A stretch of 64,000 nucleotides of DNA from an uncultured delta proteobacterium (GCA_963796685.1 CAWCMR010000008.1:608001-672000), one strand, 5' to 3'. Positions 49,778-59,562 are shown, counted from the stretch's first letter. Translations and numbers: made by a program. The notes: generated from the letters alone by a model not told the origin.

Positions 49778-51427
49778 ATGAAGCCAACGGAGCACAGGAA
49801 ACCCGGTTCCAGAACAGCCTTCGCCCTCGGAGCCGTGCTCGTCGGGCTCGCCGCGTGCGGGAGCGACGGGGGGAGCCGTCCGGACGGCGCCACCCCCATG
49901 GCGGTCGAGGCGGGCCACTTTCCGGCCGAGGTCACGGTCAGCACGTGCGACGACTACGCGAGCGTGACCGTGGGCTCGTACGTCGTGCAGACGAACTATT
50001 GGAACAAGCGAGCCTGCCCCGGCACGCAGTGCATGGAGATCGACAAGGCGACCGGCGCGTTCTCCGTGACCCAGGGCCCCGCCCCGTGCGGCGACACCGT
50101 GGCCACCTACCCCAACGTGCTGTACGGCTGTTCGTTCGGAAACTGCAGCCCGGCCAGCCTGCTTCCCATGCAGATGGGCGCGGTCTCGACGGTGACCAGC
50201 AGCTGGGATTTCAGCGCCGGCGGCGCCGCCAGCGACCAGTACGACGTGGCCTACGACATCTGGTTCTGCCCCGACCAGAGCTGCGGCAGCAACGGATTCC
50301 CCCACGGCGTCGAATTGATGATCTGGCTCGACTACAAGAACCTCGCGGGCTGGAAGACCGACCTCGGCAAGGTGAATCTGTCCGGCCACACCTGGGAGGT
50401 CTGGCAGGCCCCCATGGGCTCGGCCAACAATGGCTGGACCTACCTGGCCTACCTGATCCAGGGCCCGGCGGTGAGCTCGTTGACCGATTTCGACCTGGGT
50501 GCGTTTTTTCGAGACATGGCCGCCCGGGGCATCATCCAGGATTCCTGGTACCTGTACGCGATCCAGGCCGGCGACGAGCTGCGCACCGGCGGCGTCCCGT
50601 ACAACAACAATAGCTTCTCGGTGACCATCAATGGCGTCACCCCCAGCACCGCCCCGATCGCGCCCACTGGCGGCCCGTCGTGCGACGGTGGTGCGCCTGT
50701 CGCGCAGGGCACGTTGAACGTCAGCGACAACTACGTCACCTCGGTTTTGCTCCACGGGTATGCGGCGGCCTGGACCTGGGTGGGTGCCGATTCGAGCGCC
50801 ATCGCCTGCGGCACGCCCACCTGCACGGCGCCTGGCTCGCTGCAGGTCACGGCCATCTTGAACAACGGTGTCGCACCACTGACGGCAGAGCCCGTGTCCT
50901 GTTCGCCTGCGTTTGCGCCGTCCGCGCTCTGCACCTCGGGTACGGTAACGGCGGATGCGAGCTACAGTCAGGCGGCCGGGGTTGGCTTCAACCTCAACCA
51001 GGATCCGGTCGGCGGGGGTGTCGATGCCGGCATGAGCATCGACGCCAGCATCGACGACGGCCTCGACGGCGGCATGAGTCGCGCCGACGGCGGCACAGCG
51101 TCCGACGGCGGCGTGACGAGCGCCCTCGGCACCATCACCATCGGCAACAGCATCACGGTCTCGGTCGCAAGAGCCGGCACGCTTCCCGGCAACTCCGCCT
51201 TGCGCCTTCAACTCACCGACGTGAACGGCAACTACTATTGCTACGGCGGCGCGCTGCAGAGCGGGGTGCCCATCCCCGTCGCTCAGCTCAACACCAAGTG
51301 CGGGGACAACTCGGGCGCCTTCGCCACGTCGAGCACGCTCTTCAAGAGGCTCGACGTTCTCGTCCCCGGCAGCGCATCCACGGAAGAACCGTTCGCGTTC
51401 TGCCTCACCGACGTCTCCGTGCAATAG
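49778..51427 (+). CDS. GH12-family endoglucanase lipoprotein with additional C-terminal domain
   Basis: Lipobox LAAC, VQTNYWN, YPNV, YDVAYDIW, ELMIWL (nucleophile), IQAGDE (acid/base). Confidence 0.82.
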   Translation: MKPTEHRKPGSRTAFALGAVLVGLAACGSDGGSRPDGATPMAVEAGHFPAEVTVSTCDDYASVTVGSYVVQTNYWNKRACPGTQCMEIDKATGAFSVTQGPAPCGDTVATYPNVLYGCSFGNCSPASLLPMQMGAVSTVTSSWDFSAGGAASDQYDVAYDIWFCPDQSCGSNGFPHGVELMIWLDYKNLAGWKTDLGKVNLSGHTWEVWQAPMGSANNGWTYLAYLIQGPAVSSLTDFDLGAFFRDMAARGIIQDSWYLYAIQAGDELRTGGVPYNNNSFSVTINGVTPSTAPIAPTGGPSCDGGAPVAQGTLNVSDNYVTSVLLHGYAAAWTWVGADSSAIACGTPTCTAPGSLQVTAILNNGVAPLTAEPVSCSPAFAPSALCTSGTVTADASYSQAAGVGFNLNQDPVGGGVDAGMSIDASIDDGLDGGMSRADGGTASDGGVTSALGTITIGNSITVSVARAGTLPGNSALRLQLTDVNGNYYCYGGALQSGVPIPVAQLNTKCGDNSGAFATSSTLFKRLDVLVPGSASTEEPFAFCLTDVSVQ

Positions 51428-51654
51428 GGCGCATGGTGGGCGCGCATTCCCAGACCTCTCGACCGCTGAGGACAAGCAGCCCTGCAGCGTTCTGTTATCG
51501 CGTTATCAAGCTTCCCTGGAACCATATCCGGGCTTCGAAAAGCATGGTACCGACCACCGCAAACCTCCAACACCACGGAATCACTTGTTCCCAGCCTCCA
51601 ACCGACCTGCCCAAGCCGCGCGACTCTCGCAGGAATATTGGGGTACGCTCTGCA

Positions 51655-51673
51655 GGCTAATAGTAAGTTCGGT
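51655..51673 (+). other. Candidate attI site at the head of the array
   Basis: GGCTAATAGTAAGTTCGGT. The GTT core complements the next R'' (GCCGAAC), has no upstream attC hairpin, and resembles the CTAA-n-GTT layout of attI cores. Confidence 0.5.
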
Positions 51674-51799
51674 GGGCGCGCGGGCCAGCTTGGAAATCGC
51701 TGGCCGTCGGTGGGTGCGCGGGTCTTCTCTCGCACGTTGGTCTGGAGGAAGCGGACGACAAAGACCGTGCCGGCGAGGTGCTTCAGATGGCTGGCCGCC

Positions 51800-51966
51800 G
51801 CCGAACCGGCCGTTGCAGCGGTCGAGGGCCTGTCAACTCTCGGTCGACGGTCAACGAGCCGGGGCCGCGCGGCTCATCAGACGAACGAAGGCCGCCGCGC
51901 GGCCCCGGCAGTGCTACTATCGATCAGCCGGGACGGCCCTCGCCGCTGAACGGCACGCCGTTATCC
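51800..51966 (+). repeat. attC site 1 (long type, 167 bp)
   Basis: GCCGAAC-CGGCCGTTGCAGCGG...CCGCTGAACGGCACGCC-GTTATCC. Confidence 0.85.
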
Positions 51967-51985
51967 GTACCCAGGGACAAGGATC

Positions 51986-52555
51986 ATGGACGAAGACCGT
52001 ATAGCGATAGTCGACCTTGCCGACGAACTCCAGGTTCGCAAGCAGCGCCTCTTCAAGATCATAAAGAGGCTCGGAATCACGGCGACACAGCGCCGTGATT
52101 CCGAACGTGGAGGTCAGAATGTAGCCGTTGTCAGTGCTAGCGAGGCCGCCGCCATTCGCAAGGAAATCGGAAGCCCTTCCTCGACGGACTCATCCGACGC
52201 GGCGGCGTCGCCGCAGCTTCTCGACGACGTTGGATTCTTCTATTTGATTCGTCTTGAGCCTGATCACGATCCTGGGAGGTTCAAGGTCGGGTTCACTATC
52301 GAACTCGAGGGCAGGCTTCAGAAGCACCGCTGCTCGGCTCCCTTTGCGGCGTACCTCAAAACGTGGCCGTGTCGACGCGTTTGGGAGCGAGCCGCGATCG
52401 ATTGTGCGACCCTCGGTTGCGAGAAGCTCCACACCGAGGTGTTTCGCGCCGACTCGCTGGACATGGTCGCCAGTCGCGCCGATACCTTCTTCTCAGTGAT
52501 GCCGAGCCTTCTTGCGGAGGTGTCAGAGGCCGCGGACCGTGCAGGGGACGGATAA
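51986..52555 (+). CDS. Cassette: N-terminal HTH-like + GIY-YIG/T5orf172-like nuclease
   Basis: GFFYLI...FKVGFT...RLQKH...TEVF pattern. Stop codon lies in the attC R''. Confidence 0.6.
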   Translation: MDEDRIAIVDLADELQVRKQRLFKIIKRLGITATQRRDSERGGQNVAVVSASEAAAIRKEIGSPSSTDSSDAAASPQLLDDVGFFYLIRLEPDHDPGRFKVGFTIELEGRLQKHRCSAPFAAYLKTWPCRRVWERAAIDCATLGCEKLHTEVFRADSLDMVASRADTFFSVMPSLLAEVSEAADRAGDG

Positions 52556-52717
52556 CATGCCGTTGCAGCTGACAAGGGCCTGTCAACTCTCGGTCGACGG
52601 TCAACGAGCCGGGGCCACGCGGCTCTCAACAATTTCCGCGGCCGCCGCGCGGCCCCGGCAGTGCAACTATCGACCATCACGTAACGGCCCTTGCAGCTGA
52701 ACGGCAAGGCGTTGGGC
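52550..52717 (+). repeat. attC site 2 (long type, 168 bp)
   Basis: GGATAAC-ATGCCGTTGCAGCTG...CAGCTGAACGGCAAGGC-GTTGGGC. Confidence 0.88.
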
Positions 52718-52770
52718 AGACAGTAGTGAACAGCGTGGCGTCCCGAACGCCGCAGTCATAGAATCGAGCC

Positions 52771-53166
52771 ATGCTTGCCACCGAGTTCGAAAGCGTCATC
52801 CTGTTCGTGTCGGAGTTGACCGCGGCGCGGGCGTTCTATGTCGAGGGGCTCGGGTTGCCGGTGCGCTATGAGGACGAGATCGTGGTGGTCGTAGGTAGCC
52901 CTCAGGCACGCGTGGTGCTGCACCGTAGGGACCGCAGTCACGACGAGCGCGGCATCTTTCCGGCCGGTATTGGCGTGGGGGCGGCTGCCGTTCGTTTTTC
53001 GGTCGAGGATCCTGACGCGTGCGAGCGCGAGGCAATCGCGCGCGGCTTGCGCGTAGTTTGGCCGACACAGGACGCGTCGTGGGGGCGGTTCGTCGTGTTG
53101 GCGGACCCCGACGGACGCTCCGTCGTCCTCGCCAAGATGCGACCCCTTGCCGGCGCCAGGTCCTGA
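52771..53166 (+). CDS. Cassette: VOC/glyoxalase family protein
   Basis: ARAFYVEGLGL, FSVEDPD, WGRFVVLADPDG. Confidence 0.88.
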   Translation: MLATEFESVILFVSELTAARAFYVEGLGLPVRYEDEIVVVVGSPQARVVLHRRDRSHDERGIFPAGIGVGAAAVRFSVEDPDACEREAIARGLRVVWPTQDASWGRFVVLADPDGRSVVLAKMRPLAGARS

Positions 53167-53185
53167 TGGATTGGACTCCCGCGCT

Positions 53186-53289
53186 GCCCAACAAGCCGTT
53201 GCAGCTGTCAATCCCGCCGCCGGGACATCGTGTAGAATCGTAAGGCCGGCTCGGCGGCGGGCTTGCAGCTGAACGGCAAAGCGTTCGAC
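53186..53289 (+). repeat. attC site 3
   Basis: GCCCAAC-AAGCCGTTGCAGCTG...CAGCTGAACGGCAAAGC-GTTCGAC. Confidence 0.88.
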
Positions 53290-53328
53290 GGACTTGCACA
53301 TTGGATCAAAGCCGGAGACGATGCACAA

Positions 53329-53778
53329 ATGAAGCTGCGAAACCTTCTCATCGTTTGCACGTTGGTCGGTTGTGCCACTGGCTACCACGCGTCTGGGATT
53401 GCAGGCGGCTATTCGGAGCTGCGTCTCAGCGAGCGGGCATGGCAAGTCAGTTTTGCCGGGAACGGCTACACGTCTCCAGAACGAGCTCATACGTTTGCTC
53501 TCCGCCGAGCCGCGGAGCTGACGCTCGCGTCCGGATATCAAGCGTTCTATGTTGCTGGCGAAAACCAAAGTGTCAGGCAGATGAACATCCAACAGCCAGT
53601 GAACTGCTACTCGAACGGGCCCTACACAAACTGCTCCGGTGGCGGCGTGACTACCATAAACAAGCCCAGTCAGCGGCTCGACATTACGATGGTGACCGCT
53701 CAGGAGGCCGCTCAAGCTCCGCCGGGATATCTTGTGTACGACGCTCAAATACTCCTCGCGCAGATTCCTCCGGAATGA
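53329..53778 (+). CDS. Cassette: lipoprotein (CC0125/CC1285-like)
   Basis: Lipobox LVGC, GGYSE, FAGNGYT, ALRRAAELTL. Confidence 0.75.
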   Translation: MKLRNLLIVCTLVGCATGYHASGIAGGYSELRLSERAWQVSFAGNGYTSPERAHTFALRRAAELTLASGYQAFYVAGENQSVRQMNIQQPVNCYSNGPYTNCSGGGVTTINKPSQRLDITMVTAQEAAQAPPGYLVYDAQILLAQIPPE

Positions 53779-53791
53779 GGACGACGAAGCC

Positions 53792-53854
53792 GTCGAACAA
53801 GGCGTTGCAGCGGACGCCGCTTGCGCGGCGCCGCTGAACGCCAAGGCGTTAGCC
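53792..53854 (+). repeat. attC site 4 (short, 63 bp)
   Basis: GTCGAAC-AAGGCGTTGCAGCGG...CCGCTGAACGCCAAGGC-GTTAGCC. Confidence 0.9.
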
Positions 53855-53859
53855 GGACC

Positions 53860-54642
53860 ATGGACACAGCCATAAAGACAGAATCCGAACGGGCATGGAT
53901 CGAACTCGCCATTCGCGGTACAGCCTTCGTCGTGCCCGAAGGCCCACTTGCGGAGCCAGCCCGATCCGTGGGAAGTGCGACGATTCTCCGCAGCCCTGCG
54001 GGCCACGTCTTTCTGCTGACGGCACGACACATCGCTGAGGATTTCCGGCGAGGACAGATCTGGTTCGGCTACTGGGGCTGCTCCAACGCAGTCAAGACTG
54101 GGATCGCTGTCGCGCTCGTCCCCCCGGATGAGGACGTGGACGTTGCTGTGCTGCTGCTGAGGTACAAGGACCAGAGAGTGCTCGAAACGCTCGCTCGGAG
54201 TTCCACCGAGGTTTCGCAGGATGCGACCGTCGCAAATGGAGACTACCTCGCGATTTCAGGATACCCCTCCACCCTTGTGCACCTCGACCGAGCGCTCGGG
54301 CAGGGATTCACGAGTCTCTTCTACAACTGCATGGTGGACGCCCCGATGAATGACGATGTTGGACGGCTGAGGGTCGCGTGGGGAAAGTACGATGAGCAAC
54401 TGTTCGGGCAGGCGCCACCGCCACCGCCGGGCATGAGCGGAGGCGCGCTTTGGCGGCGCCGCGATCCGACTGACCTTATATGGAGTCCAGCAACGGCGAT
54501 TTCGCTGGTCGGAATCCAATCGGCCTGGATTCAGGATAGGAAGGTGGCCTTTGTCGAACCTACAAGCAGGTGGTTCGGCTGGTACGCAGATAGCGTTGGC
54601 AGACTGGACGCGGGAGAATTCGCTGCACAGGAGGCCGGCTAA
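53860..54642 (+). CDS. Cassette: trypsin-like serine protease
   Basis: Catalytic triad motifs LTARH, DVAVL, GMSGG; no signal peptide. Confidence 0.75.
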   Translation: MDTAIKTESERAWIELAIRGTAFVVPEGPLAEPARSVGSATILRSPAGHVFLLTARHIAEDFRRGQIWFGYWGCSNAVKTGIAVALVPPDEDVDVAVLLLRYKDQRVLETLARSSTEVSQDATVANGDYLAISGYPSTLVHLDRALGQGFTSLFYNCMVDAPMNDDVGRLRVAWGKYDEQLFGQAPPPPPGMSGGALWRRRDPTDLIWSPATAISLVGIQSAWIQDRKVAFVEPTSRWFGWYADSVGRLDAGEFAAQEAG

Positions 54643-54815
54643 GTCGGGTCGGGGACCGGCGCGGTGGTGTGCAGGATGACCCTTGGCTGTGTCCGCCGTT
54701 TCCGGCTTCGTGCCCGTTTAGGGGTTCCATCACTCCGTCTCCGGCCCCCGCCACATCGAACCGGACAGGCGGATTTCCCGCATCCGGCTCACCGCGAAGG
54801 CGTCTTCCATCGGGG

Positions 54816-56109
54816 TTATGCGTCCGTTCCGCCGGGGCATGCTTTCGCGCTCCAGTACACCACGCGGTAGTCTCGAAAGAGGCCCCACGTTCCGTACACA
54901 ACGGCGCTACTCCACCGCTTCCAGCCGAATCCCTTGCGCTTGCACTTCTTGGCCGCCAGTCGCCTCACCTTACGTTCGACCTCGTACTTGATTTTGCCGA
55001 ACGCCGTCCCCGAGTTGCCGACACGAAAGTAGTTCACCCAACCCCGCAGGACAGAATTCACCTGCGCAACCGCCACTGGCATGGGCAAGTGGCGGCTCCT
55101 GCGCAAGATTCTCCCAACTTCCTGTAGGACCGCGATGACCTTCTTCGGTCGCGGGGTTCTGCTCGGATACCATCTTCCAGTCTTCGAGGCTCCGCTCCCA
55201 ACGGAACTCGAATCCCAGAAACGCAAAGCTAGCCCCTGGCTCCGTTATCGTCACCAAACGGGTCTTCTCTGCGTTGAGCGACACGCCGATAGCCTCCGTC
55301 TCGCGGCGGATACGCATAAGCGCTCGGTCCGCCCACTGCCGCCCCTTCGGGGTGTCAGCCGCGAGCACGACCATGTCGTCCAGGTATCGGGCATAGGTGA
55401 TAGTGTCGCCTCCTCGGTCAAGGGCGTGGTCCAGGTCGTCGAGCGCGAGGTTCGCGAGAAGCGGTGACAGCGGCGAGCCTTGCGGCACGCCTCGGTCGCC
55501 GGTGCTCTTGAGAAACTGCTTCACCATGGCCAGCACATCGCTGTCGACCACCCGCCCCGCCACCTTCGCCAAGATTCGGTCATGCCGAATCGTATCGAAG
55601 TAGCGGGACAGATCGACGTCGACCACGCGGTGTCGTCCCTGGCGCAATCCCATTCGCACTTTCTCGCTTGCCTCATGCGCGCTTCGTCCCGGCCTCGCCC
55701 CATACGAGCTGTCCGAGAAGTCGGCTTCGAAGATTGGTTCCACAATCAGCCGAAGGGCGCCTTGCACCACGCGGTCTCGAATCGCAGGAATCGAAATCAC
55801 GCGCACTTTGCCGCCCTCCTTGGGAATCTCTCTTCGACGATACGGCCTCGGGTGGTACCCGTCCGTGCGCAGTTCCTCGGCGAGTTTCGCGAGAAACTCT
55901 CCTCGGCCCTGCGCCTCAATCATCTCGAACGTCTCGGCATCTGACCCAGGGGCTCCGCCATTGCGCTTGGCCTCCAGGTACGCCGCTTCGAGCGTTTCGA
56001 GTTTCTTGATGTGGACGTGCAATCCCCAAAAGCGATGCGCAGGGGCGGACTTCGCCCGTTGGCCTATCTTCGCTCGAAGTTCTTGCAAACTGATGGTGGG
56101 CTTTGTCAT
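54816..56109 (-). CDS. ltrA: Group II intron reverse transcriptase/maturase (no endonuclease domain), frameshifted at ~55189
   Basis: APGSD, IPK-x-GGKVR, DRVVQ, SYGARPGRS, PQGSPLSP, RYLDD, FLGF, and X domain LRGWVNYF. Confidence 0.92.
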
Positions 56110-56567
56110 CCCGCTCTTGCCTCGCTTCTCTGCTCCGATTGCCTCCGGCAGGGCCCCTTTGCTCCGCGGGCGTTACCCCGCTTCCTCGCTCATACGGACC
56201 CATCCGTCAGGCTCTCGCCTTCACCGCACTTCGCCTTCCGGCTCGCGCGACTACCTTGCTTCCGTGGGCTTTCTCCACGGGGCGAGGAGCCCTTCCCTGT
56301 TTTCTCCCATGACCTTGAGCGCGTGCTGCCGTCCTTTACCCCGCCGGGCGGTGCCTCCCCAGATCGCGTTTGGAGTCACCTTCTGCCTTCGCCCCTACTT
56401 GGCCAGCTCGGCACCCGGGGTTTCTTCATCTCGAGGCCTTGTCCAGACGTTCACTCGTCGTTGCGGCCCGCGCCCTTGCTCGCCCCGCCATGCGGGGCTT
56501 TGTCGGTGGGCTTCGCCGCCAGGATTTCCCATGTCGGCGCCACCCAAGCTATGCGGCTTCGATCTTC

Positions 56568-57979
56568 GGCTCTCCTGACATCTTCATGGAAGCGCGGGCA
56601 CCTTGAAGACGGGATGAAGGACAACGCCTGAGCAGCAGAGGAAGATGAAGCCAATGAGGGCTTGAGCGTTGTGGAAGCCATAGGCCCTGCGGGTGATGAC
56701 CCTGATCTTGCCATTAAGGCCCTCGGTTCTTCCGTTATTGAGCCCTGTGGCGACAATGGCCACGATGCCGTCCAGGTATTTCTTGATGGTCGCGGCGACC
56801 TTCTTGAAGGAAGGTAGTCTGGATCGCCTGGCCCAACTGATCCATTCTTCGAGCTTCTGTTTGACGACGTTGACCTGGCGACGACCGAGGATGTCGCAGA
56901 TGGCGATCTTGAGCAGGTAGCCGCGATAGAGTCGGGCATTGGTCTTCGGGAGGGTCGAAAGCCTCTCAGACTCGGCCCTGGATAGGTTCCACGGATTCTT
57001 GAGCAGAAGGTACTTGGTCTTCTTCAGTTGCCCGCGTTCGTCGGTGTCCTCCAGGAGTCGGACCTCCGCACGCCGGAAGCTCGTCGAGTGCTTCCTGCAC
57101 GAGTCTCTGAACGTGGAAGCGGTCGAAGACGATCTGCGCTTGTGGCGCTCGCGAGGTGACCGCGTCGATGTAGGCCGCGGACATGTCGATGGTGACGGTC
57201 TTGAGCTTGCTGGTTCGTTCCGGGCCGAGAGCGTCGAAGAAGCAGCCGAGCGTCGCAGCGTTCTTGCCCTCGTGGGCCCAGACGACCCGCTGCGAGACGT
57301 GGTCGACAACGACGGTGACGTACTCATGGTGCCGCCGGTACGACAACTCGTCGACGCCGATGTGTTCGAGGTCCTCGAGGAGAAGGCTAGGATCTCGGTG
57401 CCGCGGCACCACCCGCTGGATGATGGCGCCGACGGTGCGCCACGCGATGCGCATGGTTTCGGCCACCATCGTCTGGCTTGCTTGTTGGGCCAGATAGGCC
57501 ACGTGGTCCTCGAAGTCACGCGTGAAGCCGACCTTCGGCTCGGCCCAAGGGACCATCTCGATGACCACGCCGCACCGAGGACAGTCAACCCTGCGCAGGG
57601 TGTAGCGCAGAAGAACCTCCATCCCGCACGCGTCCAGATGCCGCCAGTTCCGAGCCCGAGCATCGAACACGTCATGGACCCGACATCCGCAGCCTGAGCA
57701 GTAGGGAACGGTCGTCGTTGGCGCCACGTGCACCAATATGCCAAGCAGATCGAATTCGACCGCCAGGACACGGGTATGTGGAAATTGGAGTAGGTTTCGG
57801 AATAGGGTGGTTGCGCGCATGGGCTCCTGGGCTTGTGGGTTCCAGACAAGCCACACGATACCCCAGGTGCCCGTGCGCACTTCGTCTCCACCTCACCCGG
57901 AACTCATGCCGCCCACATCTCCGTCGGCGACGTGCGTCGCACCTACGAGATCTCCCTTTACGAAGATGTCAGGAGAGCC
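56568..57979 (-). mobile_element. ISL3-family insertion sequence (1,412 bp)
   Basis: Terminal IR GGCTCTCCTGACATCTTC at both ends; 8-bp direct repeat CGATCTTC at 56560-56567 and 57980-57987. Confidence 0.95.
56584..57820 (-). CDS. ISL3 transposase, frameshifted at ~57075
   Basis: Zn finger CSGC/CPRC, IGVDE, TIDMS, FDRFHV, EGLNGKI, RRAYGF. Confidence 0.93.
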
Positions 57980-58039
57980 CGATCTTCTACCGCTTCAGGA
58001 CTTTCACCTTATGGTTTCATGGGTACCTCCAGGCATCAC

Positions 58040-58104
58040 CAAGCCGTTGAAGCTGGCAGTCGGCCGCGGACGGCCGCCTGCAGCTTAACGGCAAGGCGTT
58101 AGCC
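58040..58104 (+). repeat. attC site 5 (main part; R'' GGCTAA left at 54637-54642)
   Basis: C-AAGCCGTTGAAGCTG...CAGCTTAACGGCAAGGC-GTTAGCC. Confidence 0.88.
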
Positions 58105-58341
58105 GGAGACACGAGGTTCCCATCAGGGCGAGGCATGAGGACGTTATCAGCCGAGGCGCCAGCTTCGGTCACGCGCGGGAGGGTCGGATCTTGTGCGTCG
58201 AATCGGACATCGAGTCAGGCGTCCACGACCGCTACCGCCGGGCCCTGGGCTTGATCCGCTTTCGTAGGAGTCGACGAAAGCGGATCAAGCCCAACGGCCA
58301 TCGTCTTTCGATCAAGAATCGGGTAGGGTTGACCGTCCTCC

Positions 58342-59562
58342 ATGGCTCAACGCACTCGCTCCTCCGATCCGACGGTCATCGATCTTTTCTGCGGCGCTGG
58401 CGGGCTCTCGGCCGGCCTACAGCGAGCCGGATTCTCCACCGTCGCGGCCTTCGACCACAACAAGGCTGCGGTAGCTACGTATTCGAGGAACCTTGGAGAC
58501 CACGTTTCGGCGATCGAGATCGCCCCTGGCCTGGAACTCCCTCGGGTCGATGTCATCGCCGGTGGTCCGCCGTGCCAAGGATTCTCCTCGGCAGGAATGC
58601 GCCGAACGGGAGATGAACGCAACACGCTGGTGTCTGTCTTTGCGCACATCGTCGCGAGGGCGCGACCATTGGCTTTCCTTTTCGAGAATGTGGAAGGCTT
58701 CCTCACTGGCGAAAACGGCAACCGTGTCCTCGACCTGCTGGATCCGCTGATCGAGGCGGGCTATCGCATTCACTTGCGAAAGATTAACGCCGCGAACTAT
58801 GGGGTTCCGCAGCATCGAAAGCGGGTGATCGCACTTGGAGGTCTCGGTTGGGACCCAATGTTTCCAGAGCCAACCCACAGCGCGTTCGGCGCACCTGGAG
58901 CATCCCAGGCCGCTGGGCGGCAGTTGCCGCTGACTCCGTCGGTGTCGACATACCTTGCCGACCTTCCGACTCCACGGCCATCGCCGCCAGGATGTCCTCA
59001 AGGGCACTACAGTTCGCTGCCCGCAGAGGACGACATAGCCAGGTTTCATGCCCTGAAGATGGGGCAGACGATGCGCGATCTTCCCTCCGACCTATGGCAC
59101 CCGAGCTATCGTCGGCGTGCCTACCGCAGAGTCATGGATGGAACCCCGACCGAACGTCGTGGAGGGGCACCAGCAGGTATACGTAGGCTCCACGCAGCCG
59201 AGCCGTCGAAGGCCATCACAAGTTTCGCACGGAATGAATTTGTCCACCCATACGAGGACAGATTCCTGACGCTTCGTGAGTGCGCCCGGATCCAGACGTT
59301 CGATGACGAGTTCGAGTTCGTGGGCTCCGCGGCCGATCAGGCCTTGCTCATCGGCAATTCCATTCCCCCAACTCTAGGCACCGCAATCGCAAGGAGCCTC
59401 GCTGCGCAGCTGCCCGAGCGGTGTGGACGTGCGAGTCGCGGCGCTCTGCTCAGCTTCGTTCCGACCGCCTCATCCGGTATGAGCCCTGCACTAGAGCGCA
59501 TAACCAATCGGGTGGCGACCGCGTACAGGCCCATGACGACTCAGTTGGAACTATGGGACTAG
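58342..59562 (+). CDS. Cassette: DNA (cytosine-5)-methyltransferase
   Basis: DLFCGAGG, GGPPCQGFS, FENVEG, YGVPQHRKR, LTLRECARIQTF, IGNSIPP. Confidence 0.95.
   Translation: MAQRTRSSDPTVIDLFCGAGGLSAGLQRAGFSTVAAFDHNKAAVATYSRNLGDHVSAIEIAPGLELPRVDVIAGGPPCQGFSSAGMRRTGDERNTLVSVFAHIVARARPLAFLFENVEGFLTGENGNRVLDLLDPLIEAGYRIHLRKINAANYGVPQHRKRVIALGGLGWDPMFPEPTHSAFGAPGASQAAGRQLPLTPSVSTYLADLPTPRPSPPGCPQGHYSSLPAEDDIARFHALKMGQTMRDLPSDLWHPSYRRRAYRRVMDGTPTERRGGAPAGIRRLHAAEPSKAITSFARNEFVHPYEDRFLTLRECARIQTFDDEFEFVGSAADQALLIGNSIPPTLGTAIARSLAAQLPERCGRASRGALLSFVPTASSGMSPALERITNRVATAYRPMTTQLELWD

Larger units (their letters stand above)
54643..58039 (-). mobile_element. Group II intron inserted in attC site 5 (interrupted by ISL3)
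   Basis: Domain V GAGCCGGATGCGGGAAATCCGCCTGTCCGGTTC, long domain VI ending CCCGAC, 5' end GTGATG, and an RT/maturase ORF. Removing it restores GGCTAA|CAAGCCGTT. Confidence 0.92.

Noticed and set aside
51428-51654. Integrase remnant upstream of the array
   Set aside because: No tyrosine-recombinase-like translation is visible on either strand.
54816-56109. Retron, DGR or defence-associated RT
   Set aside because: A maturase X domain and flanking domain V/VI RNA identify a group II intron. No TR/VR pair or msr-msd is seen.
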